A DNA stretch of 64,000 nucleotides. Origin: a virus. Positions 61,574 through 64,000 of the stretch are shown here, piece after piece. Made by a program: the position numbers and the translations under genes. The notes below the pieces were generated by a model that worked only from the letters and a program-made list of their open reading frames with translations, did no database searches and was not told where the DNA came from. The stretch lies in the IMG/VR virus record IMGVR_UViG_3300017963_000014, positions 1 to 64,000 of that record; one strand, given 5' to 3'. Numbering within the stretch: the first letter of the stretch is position 1; the number at the start of each line of letters is the position of its first letter.

Positions 61574-62578
61574 TTAACTCTCCGGAACTACTACAGTTCG
61601 ACATCTTCCGTGATACGGCGGTAACGCCAACCCGGCGTTCGCTAGGTCGCCGCGCTCCGCGAGCTCGCGGGCCTCGGCCGCGGTACGCCAGCCGGCGATC
61701 GACTTCACGTCCTCCGGGTCCTCGGCCGAGACGAGCCGGTCGACGAGCGAGCGGCCCTCGGAGACGGCGAAGGTCCGGTTATGCATAAAGCGACAAATTT
61801 CCGAGGTCCTTTCGTCTAAAACCGCCTCTATTCTGTACCTTACGAAGCCCCCGGCCTCGAACGCGGAGACCGAGCCGAAGGCGAGCCCCCGCGTCCGGAC
61901 GTCGCCCGCTAGCTGCGCGAAGTACGCCTCGGGCGAGCCGCGGTAGGTCCCGGGGACGGCGGCCATCGGGAAGGTCCCGTTAACCGCGCCGCGGAGGATC
62001 TGCCCTACCTCGAGCCGCCCGAGTCCGCGGAGGGCGGCCTCGCGCTCGACCGTCGCGAGGATCGTCCGCGAGAGGTGCCGCCCCCAGTACTCGCCGATCC
62101 AGTAGACGCCCTGGTTCGAGAGCGACCCGATCTCCCGGATGTTACCCCGGGTCAGCGTCAGCTCGATCCTTCGACCGGACTCGCCCGCGAGGTCCCGGAC
62201 CCGGCGCTTCGCCCCGAGGTAGAACGCCCCGAGGGCGATCCCGAGCGAGGTCAGGGCGGAGGAGGTGTCGCGCTCGCGCATCCGCGCGTCGGTCCTCCCG
62301 AGGAGCCGCTCGACCTCCGGGATCGAGACCGCCTCCGCCGGGAGGTCGAGGAGCTCGTCGACGAGGATCGGGTCGAGGTCGCCGCGCCAGTCGTCGAGGA
62401 GCTCGCGCGAGAGCCTCCGCTCGGCCGCGGTCGCGCGGTCCTCGACCTTCGCGACCTCCCGCCCGACCCGCTCCTCGACTGCGTCGACGAGGGCGAAGAG
62501 CTCCTCGTCCCCGAGTCCCCGGAGGAAATCCGGAGTAACGGACGCGGCGAAGCGGGGGTCGAGGTCGGGGAGGAGCAT
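61574..62578 (-). CDS. Head morphogenesis protein (Mu gpF/SPP1 gp7 family)
   Basis: AVLDERTSEICRFMH, PPYHGRCRT. Confidence 0.9.
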   Translation of the reverse strand: MLLPDLDPRFAASVTPDFLRGLGDEELFALVDAVEERVGREVAKVEDRATAAERRLSRELLDDWRGDLDPILVDELLDLPAEAVSIPEVERLLGRTDARMRERDTSSALTSLGIALGAFYLGAKRRVRDLAGESGRRIELTLTRGNIREIGSLSNQGVYWIGEYWGRHLSRTILATVEREAALRGLGRLEVGQILRGAVNGTFPMAAVPGTYRGSPEAYFAQLAGDVRTRGLAFGSVSAFEAGGFVRYRIEAVLDERTSEICRFMHNRTFAVSEGRSLVDRLVSAEDPEDVKSIAGWRTAAEARELAERGDLANAGLALPPYHGRCRTVVVPES

Positions 62579-64000
62579 CTAGGCGTCCCCCTCCCCCTCG
62601 CGGAGGTCGAGCGCCGGCGGGACGAAGCCACCGAAGCGCCGGGCGGCCTCCGCCCGGAGGAGCTCGGCGAGCCGCTCGAGCGGCTCGTCCGCGCGATCGA
62701 CCGTTCCGGCGGGCTCGAGGTCGCGGTCGCGCTCGCCCTCGGTCGCGACCTGAAGCCCCGCCCGCCCCTGCGACGTCGGTTCCCCCCCGCCGGGGGCGGC
62801 GGAGGCGGAGTTCGTCTTCATGATCTCCGCGAGCGTAAGCGAGAAGGGCTTGTCCGGGTCGAGCAGCTTCGGGTCGACCTCGCCGAGGTCCTCGTTCACG
62901 ATCCGGGAGAGAATCTTCCGCGCGATCCGCGGGGTCGCCCCACCGGTCTTCTCCCCGCCCGCGAGGATCCGAACGAGATCCGCGTTCTCCGCGACGTTCG
63001 GCCCGTTCGAGCGGAAGACGGAGTTAACGATATTCAGCCGGAGGAGGACGTCCCGCGTGAAGAACCGGTCGACCTTGTCCCGCTCCGGCTCGAATACCTG
63101 CTCGTCCCCGAGCCTCCTCGAGGCGTCGACGACGTCCCCGGAGTAGTCCTCGGCCTTCCCTACGAATAGCGAGGGGAAGCGCCAGACCCGGCGGACGGAC
63201 TCGTCGTTCGCCGCCTTGTAGTTGACGAAGAGCGCGTCCGTGTGCTGCTCCTTCGTCAGCGGCGTTATATCGATCTTCATCGAGCCGGGGTCGCGCATTC
63301 CCTCCATCACCGGCTCGGCCTCGATAAGGAGGAACTTCGAGTAGTTGTCGTCCCCCTGGATCGCCGCCTCGACGAACTCGTCGATACGCTCGATCGACTC
63401 GTCGTCGAGCTTCCCGTTCGATACCGAGATCGCGAGCGACGGGACGTTGTTGTTCTTGAACGTCGTGTAGTTGATCTCCTCCGACGCGCGGGAGCCCATG
63501 ATCGCGAAGAGGTTCCCGATATAGCGCGGGAGCCCGTAGGGGGAGCGCGGGCAGTAGATCCGCTGGTGTCTAACCGGGTTCGCCGCGTCCGCGACGGGGA
63601 AGCCGACGAAGGAGTTCGTCCGGACGACGACGCTCCCGTTCGAGAGCGTAAAGCGCGTCGCCCGCTCCTTGTTCCCCTCCGTGAGCTGCTCCCTCGTTAC
63701 GACCTCGCCCGTCCGGGAGGAGATCAGGCGGGGGTCGCCGAGCTCCTTGAACCAGACCGCGCGCCCGCCCTCGAGGACCTGTACGTACCTCCGGAACCGC
63801 TTCCTCCGGAGGTGCTCCTCCCTCCGGTACCGGACCTCGACCGGGAGCTGCTTCCGGACCGCCGCCTCGCCCTCCCCCGGCTCGGGGGGAGCGAGCTCGC
63901 CCGGCTCCCCCGCCGGGGGCGGGGGCGGGAAGGAGACCTCCTTTACGACGCGGTAGTCGACGTACTCCGTCGGCTCGTCGTCCGGCTTCGTGATCCGCAT
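62579..64000 (-). CDS. Portal protein (probably 5'-truncated by the window edge)
   Basis: YGLPRYI, FKNNNVP, D..F..Y...N...V...WR.P...VG; directly upstream of the gpF-like gene. Confidence 0.8.
   Translation of the reverse strand: MRITKPDDEPTEYVDYRVVKEVSFPPPPPAGEPGELAPPEPGEGEAAVRKQLPVEVRYRREEHLRRKRFRRYVQVLEGGRAVWFKELGDPRLISSRTGEVVTREQLTEGNKERATRFTLSNGSVVVRTNSFVGFPVADAANPVRHQRIYCPRSPYGLPRYIGNLFAIMGSRASEEINYTTFKNNNVPSLAISVSNGKLDDESIERIDEFVEAAIQGDDNYSKFLLIEAEPVMEGMRDPGSMKIDITPLTKEQHTDALFVNYKAANDESVRRVWRFPSLFVGKAEDYSGDVVDASRRLGDEQVFEPERDKVDRFFTRDVLLRLNIVNSVFRSNGPNVAENADLVRILAGGEKTGGATPRIARKILSRIVNEDLGEVDPKLLDPDKPFSLTLAEIMKTNSASAAPGGGEPTSQGRAGLQVATEGERDRDLEPAGTVDRADEPLERLAELLRAEAARRFGGFVPPALDLREGEGDA

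Noticed and set aside
1-64000. Haloarchaeal virus (suggested by CGA/TCG richness and PolB)
   Set aside because: Proteins are Arg-rich rather than Asp-rich; DnaB, DnaG-like, sigma-like genes and sigma70-type promoters indicate a bacterial host.

Overview
This window is 64 kb of a high-GC (about 70% by eye) tailed dsDNA bacteriophage with a contractile tail. All credible genes lie on the minus strand and most are coupled by NTGA/TAATG overlaps. In transcription order (right to left) it holds: portal (truncated), head morphogenesis, XkdF-type protease/scaffold, major capsid, a block of paralogous decoration/fibre genes, neck, sheath, tube, frameshifted tail chaperone, tape measure, baseplate and fibres; membrane/lysis-like genes; an SF2 helicase; a replication module (three paralogous wHTH genes, the last a lambda-O-like initiator with iterons, then DnaC-like loader, DnaB, primase); a UvrD-like helicase between 37-bp direct repeats next to a serine recombinase; a sigma-like factor with an inserted C2H2 finger; a nucleotide-modification operon; PolB; and SSB/UvsY/RecA-like and split SbcD-like genes. 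The best candidate for an undescribed system is the coupled operon at 4645-13136. It encodes a Glf-like flavoenzyme, a dNTP pyrophosphatase-HAD nucleotidase fusion, an active-site-remodelled ThyX fold, a dNMP kinase, an NDP-sugar SDR, a minimal ThyA fold with the dCMP-type Asp, an Fe-S glycosylase with a MUG/TDG-type motif, and a PolB with altered motif B. Together these suggest pre-replicative replacement of cytosine by a folate-independent, possibly sugar-bearing base. The DNA also shows strong CpA/TpG avoidance. All calls come from reading motifs by eye; no database searches were run. Terminase, endolysin, tRNAs and a glycosyltransferase were not seen in the window.
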